This document shows positions 26,620 through 41,339 of a stretch of 64,000 bases of DNA, piece after piece; position 1 is the first letter of the stretch, and each line of letters opens with the position of its first letter. The stretch is taken from contig OZ024747.1 in assembly GCA_964016885.1 (NCBI GenBank), forward strand, positions 62,372,001 to 62,436,000, written 5' to 3'. Source of the stretch: Eledone cirrhosa (lineage: Eukaryota). A model generated the notes under the pieces. It was given only the letters and a program-made list of their open reading frames with translations. It had not been told where the DNA came from and searched no databases. The position numbers and the translations under genes are program-made.

Positions 26620-26964
26620 ATTTGTTTATTATATATACATATATATATGTTTATAACTATAAATATATATATATGTTTATAAATATATACATGCATATAA
26701 TATATGTTTATAACTATAAATATATATGTTTATAAATATATACATACATATATAAACATATAAATATATACATATAAATATATACATACATATATATGCA
26801 TATATATATATGTTTATAAATATATATATTTATATTTATATATATATATTTATATATATATATATTTATGTATGTGTGTGTGTGTGTATATATGTATGTA
26901 TGTGTGTATGTATATGTATATATGTGTGTGTATGTATGTATGAATGTAGTACGTAAGTATGTTT

Positions 26965-27145
<181 letters not shown>

Positions 27146-27299
27146 TCACGTATGGTATTCACGTATTTTTGCAGAATTGCTGTTTATCGTATATTTACAT
27201 TCCCTTTAAAGAACTCTATAACAACATTCAGAGTTATGCTATAATAATGTTTTAACATATCAAGTTATGGTAAACCAGATATTTTCTACATCTAGAAGA

Positions 27300-27670
27300 G
27301 AGATAGATAGATCGATAAATAGATGGAGTTAGAGATAGATAGGTAAGTAGAGAGAGGGAGAAAGAGAGAGAGAGATAGGTAGGTAGAGAGAGAGGGAGAG
27401 AGAGTGAGATATAAGTAGAGAGAGGGAGAGATAGGTAGAGAGAGAGAGTGATATATATAAGTATATATATAGAGAGAGAGAGAGAGAGTGAAATATAAGT
27501 AGAGAGAGGGAGGGAGAGAGAGTGAGATATAAGTAGAGAGAGGGAGAGAGAGAGTAAGATATAAGTAGAGAAAGGGAGGGAGAGAGAGTGAGATATAAAT
27601 AGAGAGAGGGGGCGGGGGAGAGAGAGTGAGATATAAGTAGAGAGGGTGAGAGAAAGAGAGAAAAAAGAGG
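27300..27670. repeat. Purine-rich degenerate tandem repeat (GAGAGAGTGAGATATAAGTAGAGAGAGG-like)
   Basis: Recurring ATATAAGTAGAGA motif within (GA)n. Confidence 0.75.
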
Positions 27671-27771
27671 GGGTTTATTTGAAATCATAGTTTGTGACAT
27701 CAGAAAAAAATAGATCATAGTTACTTAGCAACCATACTATACCTCTCGTCGATCGAACATAAAGCAACAAG

Positions 27772-29495
27772 CATCACTACCACCACCACCACCAACACTG
27801 TCACCTTTACCACCACCACGATACCATCTCTTCCACTACCATCACTACCACCACCGCCACTGCCACCTTCACTAACACCACCAACACCACCACCACCTCT
27901 ACCACCACTATCATCATCACGACGACGACCACCACCAACACTGATACAGCATTCACGATGCCAATCACCACCACCACCTCTACCACCACCTCTACCACCA
28001 CCACTACAACCACCACCACCACCACCTCTACTACCACCATCACAATCACCACCACCTCTACCACCACCACACAACGACGACGACCGCTACAACCATCACC
28101 ACAACTACCACAACCACCACAATCACCACCACTACCACCACCATCACCGTCACCACCATCACCACCACCACCCCACGACCACCACCACAACAACAACAAC
28201 AACAACAACCAACACCATCACCACCACTACCACCACCAACACCATCACCACTACCACCAATACAACCCCCCCCCCCAACATTATCACCACCACCACTACC
28301 ACCAACACCATCTATCACCACCCGCACCAACAGTCACCACCACCACTACAATCACCCCACCACCACCATCACTATCACCACCACCACCACCACCACTATC
28401 ATCACCACTCCCCCACGACCACCACCACAATCACCATCACCATCACCATCACCACCACCACCACCAACACTATCGCCACTACCACCACCACAACTACCAC
28501 CAACACCATCACCACACGCCACCACCACAATCACCATCACCACTACCACCACCACCACCACCGTCACTACCACTAACACCACTGCAATCCCCCCCCCCCA
28601 ACACCATTGTCGCCACTACCACCACCACCACCATCAACACCATTTACCACCACCCGCACCAACAGTCACCACCACTACAATCACACCACCATCACCACCA
28701 CTATCACCACCACCATCACCACCATCACCACTATCACCACCACCACCACTATCACCACCACCACCACCACCACCACCATCACCACTACAATCACACCACC
28801 ATCACCACCACTATCACCACCACCACCACCACCACTATCACCACTACTATCACCACCATCACCACCACTATCACCACCACCACTATCACCACCACCACCA
28901 CCACTATCACCACTACTATCACCACCACCACCACCACCACCACTACTATCACCACCACCACCACCACCACTACTATCACCACCACCACCACCACCACCAC
29001 TATCACCACCACCACCACCACTACTATCACCACCACCACCACTACTATCACCACCGCCACTATCACCACCATCACCACCACCACCACTATCACCACCACC
29101 ACCACCACCACTATCACCACTACTATCACCACCACCACCACCACCACTACTATCACCACCACCACCACCACCACTACTATCACCACCACCACCACCACCA
29201 CCACCACTATCACCACCACCACCACCACTACTATCACCACCACCACCACTACTATCACCACTATCACCACCACCACCACCACTATCACCACCACCACCAC
29301 CACCACTATCACCACCACCACCACCACCACTACTATCACCACCATCACCACCACCACCACCACCACTATCACCACCACCACCACCACTACTATCACCACC
29401 ACCACCACTATCACCACCATCACCACCACTATCACCACCACCACCACTATCACCACCACCACCACCACCACTATCACCACCACCACCACCATCAC
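27772..29495. repeat. Long (CAC)n/(ACCACTATC) low-complexity trinucleotide array
   Basis: Direct inspection; gives spurious poly-T/P/H ORFs. Confidence 0.95.
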
Positions 29496-29882
29496 TTCTA
29501 CAAAGAACTAATGAAACGGCCCAGAGTGCTATATGCAGAATGTTTAATGTGGCGTTATACATTAAAAAGAGTTGATTAGCTTCTAGTTCTCTCTGATCGA
29601 GCGCCGTTTGTTTATCACATTAAAATGTTATATTGCCATCAAACTATTATAGTTGGATAACTGTTTTACTGACACTTTTTAAATGATACTGGATGGCGGA
29701 GGAGGCTGGGGGAGCTGTTCTATAAGGGAGGTGGGAGGGTTGGTGGTTGTTTTTAGTTATATTTTACAGCCGGACCCCCTTCATACTACTAACTACTCAA
29801 CCGGAAATGAGGAATGGAAAAAATTGTTTTATCAGGTCATGTACACAGTAGGAAGTAAACAATTATGTATGTTACACAAAGG

Positions 29883-29927
<45 letters not shown>

Positions 29928-30798
29928 GTGAGTCTATCTTTCACCACCACCACCACCACCACCATCACCACCAACAACGCTACTACCATCACCATAATCA
30001 CTATCACCAAATCACTACAACCATCATCTCCACAACTAGTACAATCGCTACCACCACCAACAACATCATCATCATCATCATCATCACCCTCATCATCAAG
30101 ATAGTGCTCCCTCCGACCACCAGATAAAGACAAGGTAGCTGTTCACCCAATAAAGTGAACGACATTGGCTTAGGAAACACACCGAGAGAGTTTGAAAGAG
30201 GAAAACAAAATATGAAACGAAGGAGTTAAGGTGGAAAATATTTCACTACTTTTGTTCATCAAGGTAACTACTCTTCTTGGAGACAATGATAGTTCCGTGA
30301 TATAACAGAACAGTTTTACACCATTTTCCTTTCTTTAGAACTGAAGCTGGAACCATTGCGTTTAATCTAATAACTTCAGATTAACAGAATGAATGATAAC
30401 GTTCTTTGAATCCGACAATGAAAGAAAAGGGATAGAAGTGAATGATGTTAATATTATAAATTCGTTCGTTTTTCTTTTCTTTTAGTTTACGTGATAACAT
30501 GTGCTACGTTAAGATAAGGAATTTCTTAAGCCACCCTATCGTTATCTTTTATTATCATCTTAATTGGTTTAGCAGGAAATGTATTCTTCATAAATACAGT
30601 TGCTTTACTCACGGCAGCTAAAAAAAAAACATCGATATAATGTTGTTGTCATTCCAATTAAAAGAAAAAGAAAGGAAATGGACCAATTTGGTTGTGAGAG
30701 GGCATGGCGCTTTCTAGAAGATCACCAGTCTCTCATGTATACCACTCTCCCTTATCAACATAACCGACGTTGTCAAAGGCTTATGCAGCTTGGCACCT

Positions 30799-30876
<78 letters not shown>

Positions 30877-31128
30877 TGTGAATAAGAGAAACGGTTTTAT
30901 GTGTACATCTTTTTATTACATAATTCTGTTATACGTATTTCGAAATACGTATAACATAATTATGTAATAACAAGTTGTTTACATAAAGCTGTCTCTCTTA
31001 TTCATAATATTGAAACTCCGGTTGATACCTTACCGAGAAAATCTTAAGGAATACAAATCGTAGAATGCTTTACGTCTGTTTACGAAAAAAGTCGGCGGAT
31101 TATATGATCAACCAACTTGCATTAATTG

Positions 31129-31170
<42 letters not shown>

Positions 31171-31276
31171 CATATATACATGATATAAGATGTCACATAT
31201 ACATACATGATGGATGCGCCGTCGTTATCAAGTATGGCCATTGCACGATATAACATTATTAATAATAATCAATTAA

Positions 31277-31462
31277 TTGTTTCTACTTTTGGCACAAGGC
31301 CAGCAATTACCCAGTACATTACTGGTACTTTATTTTATCGAACCCGTAAGGATGAAAGGCAAAGTTAACCTCGGCGCGCGATTTGAACTCAGAATGGCAA
31401 GGGCTGTAACTCTATGCGCCAAAGCATGGCGTCCGATCCTCTACCAATACTGCCAATCCACC
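31277..31462 (-). mobile_element. tRNA-derived SINE nested in second copy of the hairpin-bearing host repeat (31209-31665)
   Basis: Flanks are reverse-complement homologues of 7848-7960 and 8141-8200. Confidence 0.85.
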
Positions 31463-31768
31463 TAATCAATCAATGCTATCGTGCAATGGCTGTGCGTGAA
31501 GATTCTTTTTAAAGTGAGGAAAGATTGTGCACTGAGCCAATCCCCCTTTCTGAGCGATAGTAACTATAACCCGAAAAGAAGGAAAGATCAACATCATCGG
31601 TAACTACCGAGCTGCAGATTTTATGTCAGTTTCCTGAGTTGCCTTCTCCTAGAAGAATGCCCTGACAAAGACTAGGGGACCTTCACTCTCAGTGGTTTAA
31701 TCGCGTGATCGGATATCCAGCCCGATTATTTCTATGTCCCCGCGCATATACATACACATGCACACATG

Positions 31769-31822
<54 letters not shown>

Positions 31823-31857
31823 TACACATGCATATATGCATATACATATTTACACAT

Positions 31858-32052
31858 TTTTGGATGGCCGTTGACTCTTTATGAGTTCTTTCTTCCTTTG
31901 TCAGGTTTTGTTTTTTGTCCTGCAGGGTGTCCAAAATCACCCTCCTCACCAAGTAAACTTGGTGGGGTTGCCGGTTTAGTCACCGACGACCCGACCATGC
32001 GACAGGTTGTACTGGGTTACATGTTGCCAGTAGCACTCAAGAGTGATCCGAC
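31858..32052 (-). mobile_element. GC-richer interspersed repeat fragment, possibly 5' region of an RTE-type LINE
   Basis: GC-rich block with hairpin CCTCACCAAG/CTTGGTGGGG between microsatellites; family assignment from recollection only. Confidence 0.35.
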
Positions 32053-32260
32053 ATAAATATACACACATATATATATATATAAACTATATATACACAATAT
32101 ATAAATCAAATATACATTATATAAGATGTTGTCTAAAGGAAAAACGAAGGTTAATACAACTTGGTACATGTGTCACCGACATCACATACATACATACTAT
32201 TTATCGACAAATATTCATACACACATATCTCATCTACCGTCCTCACAGATAATAATTACA

Positions 32261-32375
32261 TTTATTTCTGATGAAATGCAATTACAATATTCTACGGCAG
32301 TATTATGTAATCTATTGTTTAACAATTCAGATGTCATAGGCCACAAATATATTGTACTGAAACACGTGTTATAAT
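32261..32375 (+). ncRNA. Decayed hammerhead with long stem II (same style as 16365-16485)
   Basis: CTGATGA-AATGCAAT...ATTGTACT-GAAA-CACGTG-TT; stem I weak. Confidence 0.5.
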
Positions 32376-32449
32376 TATTAATAAATAATATATTGATCAT
32401 CAACATCTTTGCCTCCGTGTTTTTTTCCCAAACCCTTGATTATTATATA

Positions 32450-32637
32450 GGTGGATTGGCAATATCGTTAGAGAGTCGGACATCATGTGTTGCAGCATAG
32501 AGTTACGCCCCTTTATGGTCTGAGTTCAAATTCCACCGAGGTTAACTTTGCCTTTCATCCTTACGGGGTCGATAATATAAAGTACCAGTAATGCACTGGG
32601 GTAATTTCTGGCCTTCTGTCAAAAGTAGAAACAATTA
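32450..32637 (+). mobile_element. tRNA-derived SINE
   Basis: Match to family consensus. Confidence 0.88.
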
Positions 32638-32694
32638 TATATACAATATATAAACAATATATACATTATATATACTATATAATATATATATAAT

Positions 32695-32880
32695 GTGTTA
32701 CCCAAAGGAAAAACGAAGGCAGATACAGCTGGGCACAGGTGTCGTCGCAATACATTTTTCCCAGCTGAACTGACTGAAATAATGTTTCTTGTTTAAGGGT
32801 ACAATGTACTGTCCAGTCTGGAATCGAACCTACGATGGTAAGATCATGATTCTAGTACTTTACCCACTAAACAACGTGTC
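32695..32880 (-). mobile_element. Older, different tRNA-derived SINE
   Basis: Minus-strand A box TTTAGTGGGTAAAG and B box GGTTCGATTCC; diverged body. Confidence 0.5.
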
Positions 32881-32967
32881 TGTACTATTTCGATTGGACT
32901 TGTCTGCATTTAAACCGGCAGTATCTGGCCAGAATTCTCTCACCTCTTTCTGCTCAAACTGGCCGTA

Positions 32968-33089
32968 ACTGACCACTCATACTGACGTTAAGGTATTGTT
33001 TTCAAAATAAATAATATCCAAATCTCGTACTGACCACTCATAGTGACGTTAAGGTATTGTTCTCAAAATAAATAATATCCAAATCTCGT
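32968..33089. repeat. Two-copy tandem duplication of ~61 bp
   Basis: ACTGACCACTCATASTGACGTTAAGGTATTGTTYTCAAAATAAATAATATCCAAATCTCGT twice. Confidence 0.9.
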
Positions 33090-35508
33090 AGATTCGATAT
33101 TATAAGAGATAATTATGTAATATAAAGCCTTAACAAAAAATTACTATAGTATATATAGAGTAATGTAAATGCTAAAGGGTTATACATATATTTTAAAGAT
33201 ATTTGTTAGACTTGGTAAGAACGTCGATTTTCTATCTTGATTCTTTTACTTCAGTCTTGTATAGTTTCCTGCATTAGACATTGATCTGGGATACCTAGGT
33301 AAGAAATTCCATTAATGGTGTTAACGATTTGTAGATCTGTAATGAAAATTGATTTCTTCACACTCAGCTAGACATTCAATGCATTTGATATATAATTCTG
33401 AGTTGGAGACAGCACACCCACCAATGCTGAATTTACCATTACAGGACCCTGTTGGCCAGGCGCATATCTTCCTGCACGCCCCACCCAATTTTTTACGATG
33501 GGTCTTTCAAATGTTTGGGGTCTCATAACTTAACTAGCACAGGGCCTCATTTGTCCTAAATCAGACACTGACCTCCACAACATCTTAGAATGACAAATAA
33601 AAATAGCTTTTAGGTTCACAGATCCGGAAATTTTAAATGACACAGGAAATTGTTTCCAAGGGCACACTCTGTATGAAGAATAAATAGTTAAGTGCTGATT
33701 CTACTAAAGAGTATACGTGTTGGCAGAATAATCTGGAAATAGTCATCGTTGAAACTGACGAAAGTCCAATTTATTTTAGTCACTGCTGTACAAACATTCA
33801 GTCACTTCAGATAATTTTACAGCCATAAAAACATATCGATGAATTAACAAACAACCATTATATCTAATCTCAATAAAACAACAATATTTAATTAACGTAG
33901 GCTAAAAAAATACAACAGCTAATTAACAGCAATCAGAATATCTAATGACCCGATTCAGCAAACTTTAATTAAAATTACTATTTTTAGACACAACAGAAAC
34001 GAAGAGAAGAAATAAAACAAACAATAACAGAAATGATAAACAGTAAAAATGTTCAATACATTTACATTCGGACTGTTGATGTTGAATATAACAGACTTTT
34101 TAAAGTCATTGTTCCTGCTATAGTAGGGGTTAGCTTTGTAGGACCTAACACAGGCTTCATTCCCATTATGGGGTCATTTATTAAGCAATGACCAATGTTT
34201 TATGATAGGGTGTTCTTTCTGCAGCCAATACCTTTTAGGCATCTCATACGATGCGCTAGGATATAGTATACCTATTCCAAACTGAATACAAACAATTATT
34301 GCAAAAGAGTGGGCACTAATAAAGTGTTTTGAACTCGGTGATAATGAAACATGACCTCGGTGGTATTTAAACTCAGTGCGCAGATATCTTGACCAACACC
34401 ACACGACATTTTGACCTACGAACTTAAATCATCAAATTGGAAAATTTTGCACGTAACAGAGTGAACTCCGCTAAAGGCACCGAAGGATCAAGGGATGGTT
34501 TTAAATAAGCCACAGTTGGAATTTGAACTAATGATAGCCAATTCTATCCCATGATATCAGACAAAATTAAACATTCAAACAAAAAGTTGTCGACCATGAA
34601 AGTCATCAATCATGATAGATCAGCAATCAACAAAATTCCAAATTCTGATATATATGTAATCATCCAAAGAATTCTCACAAGCCAGTATTTAGAAGAACTA
34701 TCAATCATGTTAAGTTCTGTCTGTCTAAAATATTCCAACATATTCCGCGATCTCTTACAAAAATGAAAACAAAACAGTGTCGCCAGTTATTATCAATCTG
34801 ATATATTCACAGTCATGAAAATTATATATTCTAATGCTCATGTGCTCATCTAATTATCAATTCTGACATGCCTGATTGTCTAAAAGTTTAAATTCCTCAA
34901 TTATCAGTCAGCATGATGATTGTAATTCGACGACCACCTATATAATAAATACGTAGCTTCCAAAGCTAAATATTCTGACATATTTACAATGAAGAATATT
35001 GCAAACTCTGCCAGCTTCAGGATATATTAATTATCAATTCTAACTGGACATTCTAATACTTCAATATCTTGCATATAAATGTAATGATGATTAATCAACA
35101 ATGCGCAACACGTTAAAAGTTATCATAAAATGAAAGCTTTTGACGTATCTGCATCAAAGAAATTATAAACGATGAAGTATGAAAGGTCTACAGCTATCTA
35201 AATAATCATTTTTGACAGGTATGGCTTCAAATAGGCCGCACAGCAATTTAGTAGATACACATATACAGACAGACACACACACACAGACAGACATGCACGC
35301 ATACACATACGCATACATACACGCACACACGCATACAAACAGACGCGCACGCAAACACACATACGCACGCACACGTACATATATAGATATATGTTTTTTA
35401 AAAATGTTTTTCTTACAAGAGTAATGGAGAACCGTTTCAAATGAGTACTCAATACAGTAGAGATTGTATATTTTTTGATATAATTATCATGACAAAAAAA
35501 AAATCATT

Positions 35509-35690
35509 GGTGAATTGGCAGTATCGGTAGAGGGTTGGACATGCTTTCCAGCATAGTTACGCCCCTTTACGATCTGAGTTCAAATCCCGCCGAGGTTAAC
35601 TTTGCCTTTCATCCTTACGGGGTCGATAAAATAAAGTACCAGTAATACACTGGGATAATTGCTGGCCTTGTGCTAGAAGTAGAAATAATT
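35509..35690 (+). mobile_element. tRNA-derived SINE
   Basis: Match to family consensus. Confidence 0.88.
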
Positions 35691-35779
35691 ATATCAGGAT
35701 AAATTATGTCATAAACATAAACAGCTAACATTTCTTTATTATGGCTCAGTGATGTATTCACAGATACTCGGCCTAGACT

Positions 35780-35822
<43 letters not shown>

Positions 35823-35902
35823 AATGATATGCTTATGCGCAGAGATGCTAAAGTATAGCTTGTAAAAATATGGCGAAGACTCTTAAAAACGGGGAAATAA
35901 AT

Positions 35903-35982
35903 TGCCATTGACCACTATGAGGGATCGAACCCCATATCTCCCAGATACCGGCTAGTTGCTTTAAACCATCAAGCCAAGGGAC
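35903..35982 (-). pseudogene. tRNA-like sequence (tRNA pseudogene or SINE head)
   Basis: Minus strand TGGCTTGATGGTTTAAAGC (A box) ... GGGGTTCGATCCC (T arm/B box); acceptor stem not convincing. Confidence 0.5.
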
Positions 35983-35994
35983 TGTATACACGAT

Positions 35995-36117
<123 letters not shown>

Positions 36118-36617
36118 GTGAAGACTAACATCTAGGGTTCTTATATATTTATCCTTATCGAACCCTCTTTGGATTTTAGTCTTCACATTTATTATTATTA
36201 CTATATATATATATATATAGTCGAAACTTATACATACACACACAACGATGAGTATTCCACAGGCTTTCACCCAGTTTTCACTTACAAGAATTACCCAAGA
36301 TGCCATTCAGTGGGATCGAGCGAGCTCCATAACCAAACAATGAAAATTGAAGTCAATAAAACACTTCATTTAGTGTTGAACTAATTAACTACGTATACTG
36401 TATGCATTCTCACACCAAGAAGGTTGTTTTTTCTGTTGACACAAAAAGATACGGAAGGTGAAAAGTGTAAACTTATTTCACAAACCAATGAATCAATTTT
36501 AAAATTTATTGCTAAGAAAAAGAACTCATACTAACTGTCATGGCTCTCTTTCTCCTAGTACATGCTTTCTTTGCTGGCTGTTTGTCTATCTATTTTTTGA
36601 TTTTTTGTTTGTTTTCA

Positions 36618-36738
<121 letters not shown>

Positions 36739-37002
36739 CATCTCTCTCTATCTATCTCCACATCGAAATTTACGATATATCTATTTTAAAAATATCGAAA
36801 TTATGAATAAACGCATAATAAATTGGAAATAAAATATTTCATTTCAAGAAAAAATATCTCAATAAAATGTAAATAAAATCAAATAAAATCAATAAAATAT
36901 AAATATAAATCAAGCAAAACATAAAAAAAAATAATATAAATATGAAAGAGACACTGAAAAATACCACTAACAAAATATTGCTGTGATAAATAATTGGTTT
37001 TA

Positions 37003-37660
37003 ACATAAGCACAAGGTGAGAAAGTTATGAGTAAATCGACCCCAGTCCTTTACTGGTACTTTACTTTATATACTGGACCGATGAAGTACAAAGTTGATCT
37101 CAGTATGAAGTGCAAAGTTGACCTCGGTGGGATTTGAAACGAGAACATAAAGAGCCATAACATATGGTTTCTAATTTTGGCACAAGGCCAGCAATTTAGA
37201 GGGCTTGGAGGAGGAGGAGGAGGAGATAAAGTTGACTATATTAACCCTATTACTTGACTGATACATTATTTTATCGACCCACGAAAGGATGAAATGTAAA
37301 TTTGACCTCGGTGGGATTTTAAACCAGTGTTGAGTACCAGAACAAATACTATAAAATATTCTATTTAACGGTCTGATGTTTCTGCCAATCCCTCATCATA
37401 TTGCAGCGATGAATAATGGCGAAATAAACACACATCATTCATGTTTTATTTTATATTTTTTAAGATTGGGAATATTTAACAATGACTACTTTATCATTTC
37501 CTTTAAACCTACATAAGACGACGAATTGGCAGAGTCGATAGAACATTGGATAGAATACTTTACAGTATTCCTTTCGGCTTCCTGAACTTTCTGATTTTAA
37601 ATCCAGCCGAGGTCATCTTTGCCTTTCATCCATTCAAGGTCGATAAAAAAGTACCAGTCT
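37003..37660. mobile_element. Cluster of older diverged copies of the SINE family
   Basis: GCACAAGG, CTGGTACTT, AAAGTTGACCTCGGTGGGATTT, GCCTTTCATCC motifs recognisable. Confidence 0.65.
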
Positions 37661-39696
37661 AGTTCTGTGTCGATTCTTCCTCTATATATCTTTCACTCAT
37701 TCTTCGCTATCCTTCTCTGGAAGAAATCTGCTGTAGTCAGGCCAGAGTAGAGATCAATCAATGGGAATGAAGTTTAGAGTATGTTACGTGTCAGTATGTG
37801 ATACATAGTAGCCACAACATTAGCAACAAGGAGAAACCTAAAAAAATTAACGTCTTACATGAAACGAGATGTTTTAAGGATATAATTTACAAAAGTGACA
37901 AAAAGAAAGAAAAAAGGGAAATAATTAAAAATAAAGAAAGGGGGAGAAATGGCACTGGGACAGACTATACAGCCATGTCTGGTAGGTTTATCTCAGTTGC
38001 ATTCGCGAACGAGTCGTTGAAAGCATCGCTGCGGAAAACAGACAGCGATATTCGCTGTATCAAACACTAACAAGGCTCCTTCCTCAAGCCTGCTTCTCTC
38101 TTTCCGATTTGGCAGAAGAAAAAGTCAGTCAGATGACCAAGGTCACCGGAAGTCTTGATAATGTCAAGGACAAATAGGAAACGGCCAGTCAATGCTTTCT
38201 ATTTGGTTTTTGCTGCTCAATTGAAATTGTTTCCTTGTTGCGAGATTCACAACTAAATTTTATATGATAAAATGTCGTCTTTGCTTTATTTATAGAAATA
38301 TTTCTATTGAAGGTAGTTTGTGAAATGTTCATAGTTGATCTAATAACGACTTCGAAATCCATTTATATTTCACCTTCAGTTGATATAAGAATTTATATAT
38401 AAGAAGCAACCATGGAAGTATTGCTTTATTAATATTTCATTTCTAAACTTTGCTGTCTTGTACACAAGTTTAGATAAAATTTATATTCAATTATAGTTAA
38501 TCTTTGGTGAAAGCAATTATCGTGTCGTTTTGAGTTTTAAACTTATTTTACAATACTGATTACACTTATAGGTTTATCTAATTAACTAGACTCTTATATT
38601 GGTTGGAGAGAGACTTTAGAAAGTGTTGGTCTTAGAAGTGGTTCACTACCATTAATTCATTTTATATATAGCATAATGGTCACGAGGTCAGGACATGTGA
38701 GTTTTTATTATGTAGTTTAAATTAACACCTTATATCAAGCTATCATCTTGCAATAGCAGATGGCCACATTCCCTCTCTGCCCATTGCAGATTTCATATTT
38801 AGTTGTGACCCCTTGGTTGGATAATTATAATTAATTCAAGCTATCTTTGTGATTTGAATGCTGATGCAATAATTTGAACTCATAATGGAAGGTGCTGGAA
38901 TAATACCATAAAGTAACTCATCTACGTTCAAAAATGTCTGCCAATTCACTGCCTTGGACTGGTACTTAATTTTATTAACCTACAAAAATATAAAAGGCAA
39001 AGTTGACCTCGACGGTATTTGAACTTAGATTGCAGAAAGCCGGAACAAATACCACAAAATATTCTATCCGATCCTCTAAAGACTTTGCCAATTCGCTGCT
39101 TCCAGACGCTATGTCATGTACGTGACTGCGTAAGAGATCTAATTGTGCTTATGTGAAATAGTTTGGACTCACAGAATGGGTTGAGCATCGGACAAAAACT
39201 CTTATGATATAAAATTGCGTCCCTTGAAGTTTTGAGTTTAAATTCCACTGAAATCGACTCGACATTATTTATTCTACCAGGTTCGATAGAATAAAAACCA
39301 GGCGTGGAGTGAGGTTCATGCAATCGACAGCTTCAAAATAGAATACACAGCAAACCCCCCCAATTTTACACATCAAAGTTAGCTTGGCGCAAGTAATTGG
39401 AATTGAAAAGTTATACATACAGGTATTAAATTCAAAAATTCTAACCATCATGAAACTAAAAAGCCCAGCTGAGGACACAAATAAATTGCTACGGCCGTCA
39501 CTGGTGCCCCCTTCTACACGGTAGAGGGCCCGAGGCAATAGTTAACTTTGACCCCATTAAATCCGACCCTGCTTGTGTTGATGTTTTTAAAAAACTTTCT
39601 TAAAAAAAAAAAAAAAACGTTCTTCTCTCATTTTTAAGTAATTGTTTATACAGTCTATCTGACAATCACTACGAACACATACAGCTCTGAAATAAT

Positions 39697-40326
39697 GGTT
39701 TCTGATTTAGGCACAAGGCCAGCAATTTTGGGGGAGGGGAAATTCGATTAAATCGTTACTGGTACTTTATTTTATCAACTGCCTACAGATGAAAAGCAAA
39801 GCTAACCATAGTGTCCGACGCTCTACTGATACTGCCAATCCACCACCCTAAAGCTGTGAAATAATTGTTTCTACTTTAGGGAGAAGGCCAGCAATTTATT
39901 TTTTTTGGGAAAGTCGATTAAATCGACCCCAGTACGTTACTGGTGCTATATTTTATCGACCCCATAAGGATGAAAGGCAAAGCTAAATTCGGCGGGATTT
40001 GAACTCAGAAGTAAAGGCCCGTAACTCTATGCCGCAAAGCATGGTGTCAGATGCTCTACCGATACTACAAATCTACCGCCCTAAAGCTCTGAAATAATTG
40101 TTTCTACTTTAGGCAGAAGGCCAGCAATTTTTTTTATTGGGGGGGGGGGGGGGGGAGTCGATTAAATCGACGGCAGTGCGTTACTGGTACTTTATTTTAC
40201 TGACCCCGTAAGGATGAAAGGCAAAGTTAACATCGGCGGTATTTGAACTCAGACCGTAAAGGACCGTAACACTTTGCTGCAAAGCATGGCGTCCGACCCT
40301 CTACCGATACTGCCAACCCACCGCCC
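39697..40326 (-). mobile_element. Three head-to-tail SINE copies separated by the same target-like linker
   Basis: TGAAATAAT-ending linker (mostly GCTCTGAAATAAT) before, between and after the copies. Confidence 0.88.
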
Positions 40327-40589
40327 TCCTGAAATAATAGAACAGGTTTCTGTCAAATCAGCAAGTCTATTATAAACGGAATTATAATCAAACGAGGGAA
40401 AGAAAAAAATAAAGTAAAACAACATTATTTGATCATAATTCTGCTTATCTCAGTCTGAGTTAATAGAATCTTGTTCTAGTTTGAGTGGTTAGTACTAGAC
40501 AGGTAGCTGGTTGTAGAAACGTTAAAACAATTACTTCAATATGGAGAATAATGGATATATATATAATGTATATATCAAATAAAACCAAA

Positions 40590-41202
40590 AACCAATAAGA
40601 ATAACTGCATCAAAACAACTAAAAAAACACCACCACCAACAGCAAAAATAACAATAAAAACATCATCACCAACAACAACAACAGCAATAAAAACATCATC
40701 ACCACCATCACCAACAACACCCACAACCACCAACACCAACACCAACACCAACACCAACAACCTCACCAACACCACCACCACTAACAACAACAACAATAAA
40801 AACAGCAACAACAACAAACATCACCACCACCAACAACAACAATAGCAACATCAACAACAAAAGCAAAAACATCACCACAACCACCACCACCACCAACAAC
40901 AACCTCACCAACACCACCACCACTAACAACAACAATAAAAACAACAACAACAACAAACATCACCACCACCAACAACACCACCACCGCCGCCACCACCACC
41001 ACCACCAACAACAACCTCACCAACACCACTAACAACAACAATAAAAACAACAACAACAACCATCACCACCACCAACAACAACAACAGCAACATCAACAAC
41101 AAAAGCAAAAACACCACCACCACCACCACCACCACCAACAACAACAACACAAACAATAAAAAAAACATCACCACCATTACCACCAACAACAACAATAACA
41201 AT
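40590..41202. repeat. (CAA)n/(CAC)n low-complexity array with internal ~120-140 bp duplications
   Basis: Direct inspection. Confidence 0.9.
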
Positions 41203-41339
41203 GTTTTTTACTTTTTGTTTTTAATGTTAGGAATAATAAAAATCACGGCTAAAAGTATATATTAAATAATCGCCATATTATAGTGTTTTGAATCAGTAAG
41301 TTGTTAGTTTAAAAGTAATGGAGATGACAATGAAACCAG

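Noticed and set aside
27958-29575. 517-aa and 322-aa Thr/Pro/His-rich ORFs (mucin/extensin-like)
   Set aside because: Open in most frames on both strands simply because CAC repeats lack stops; no signal peptide or splice context
33422-33570. Small MITE with CAGGGCCGGATTTA-like ends (also one end at ~39557-39571)
   Set aside because: TIRs too degenerate and no TSD identified
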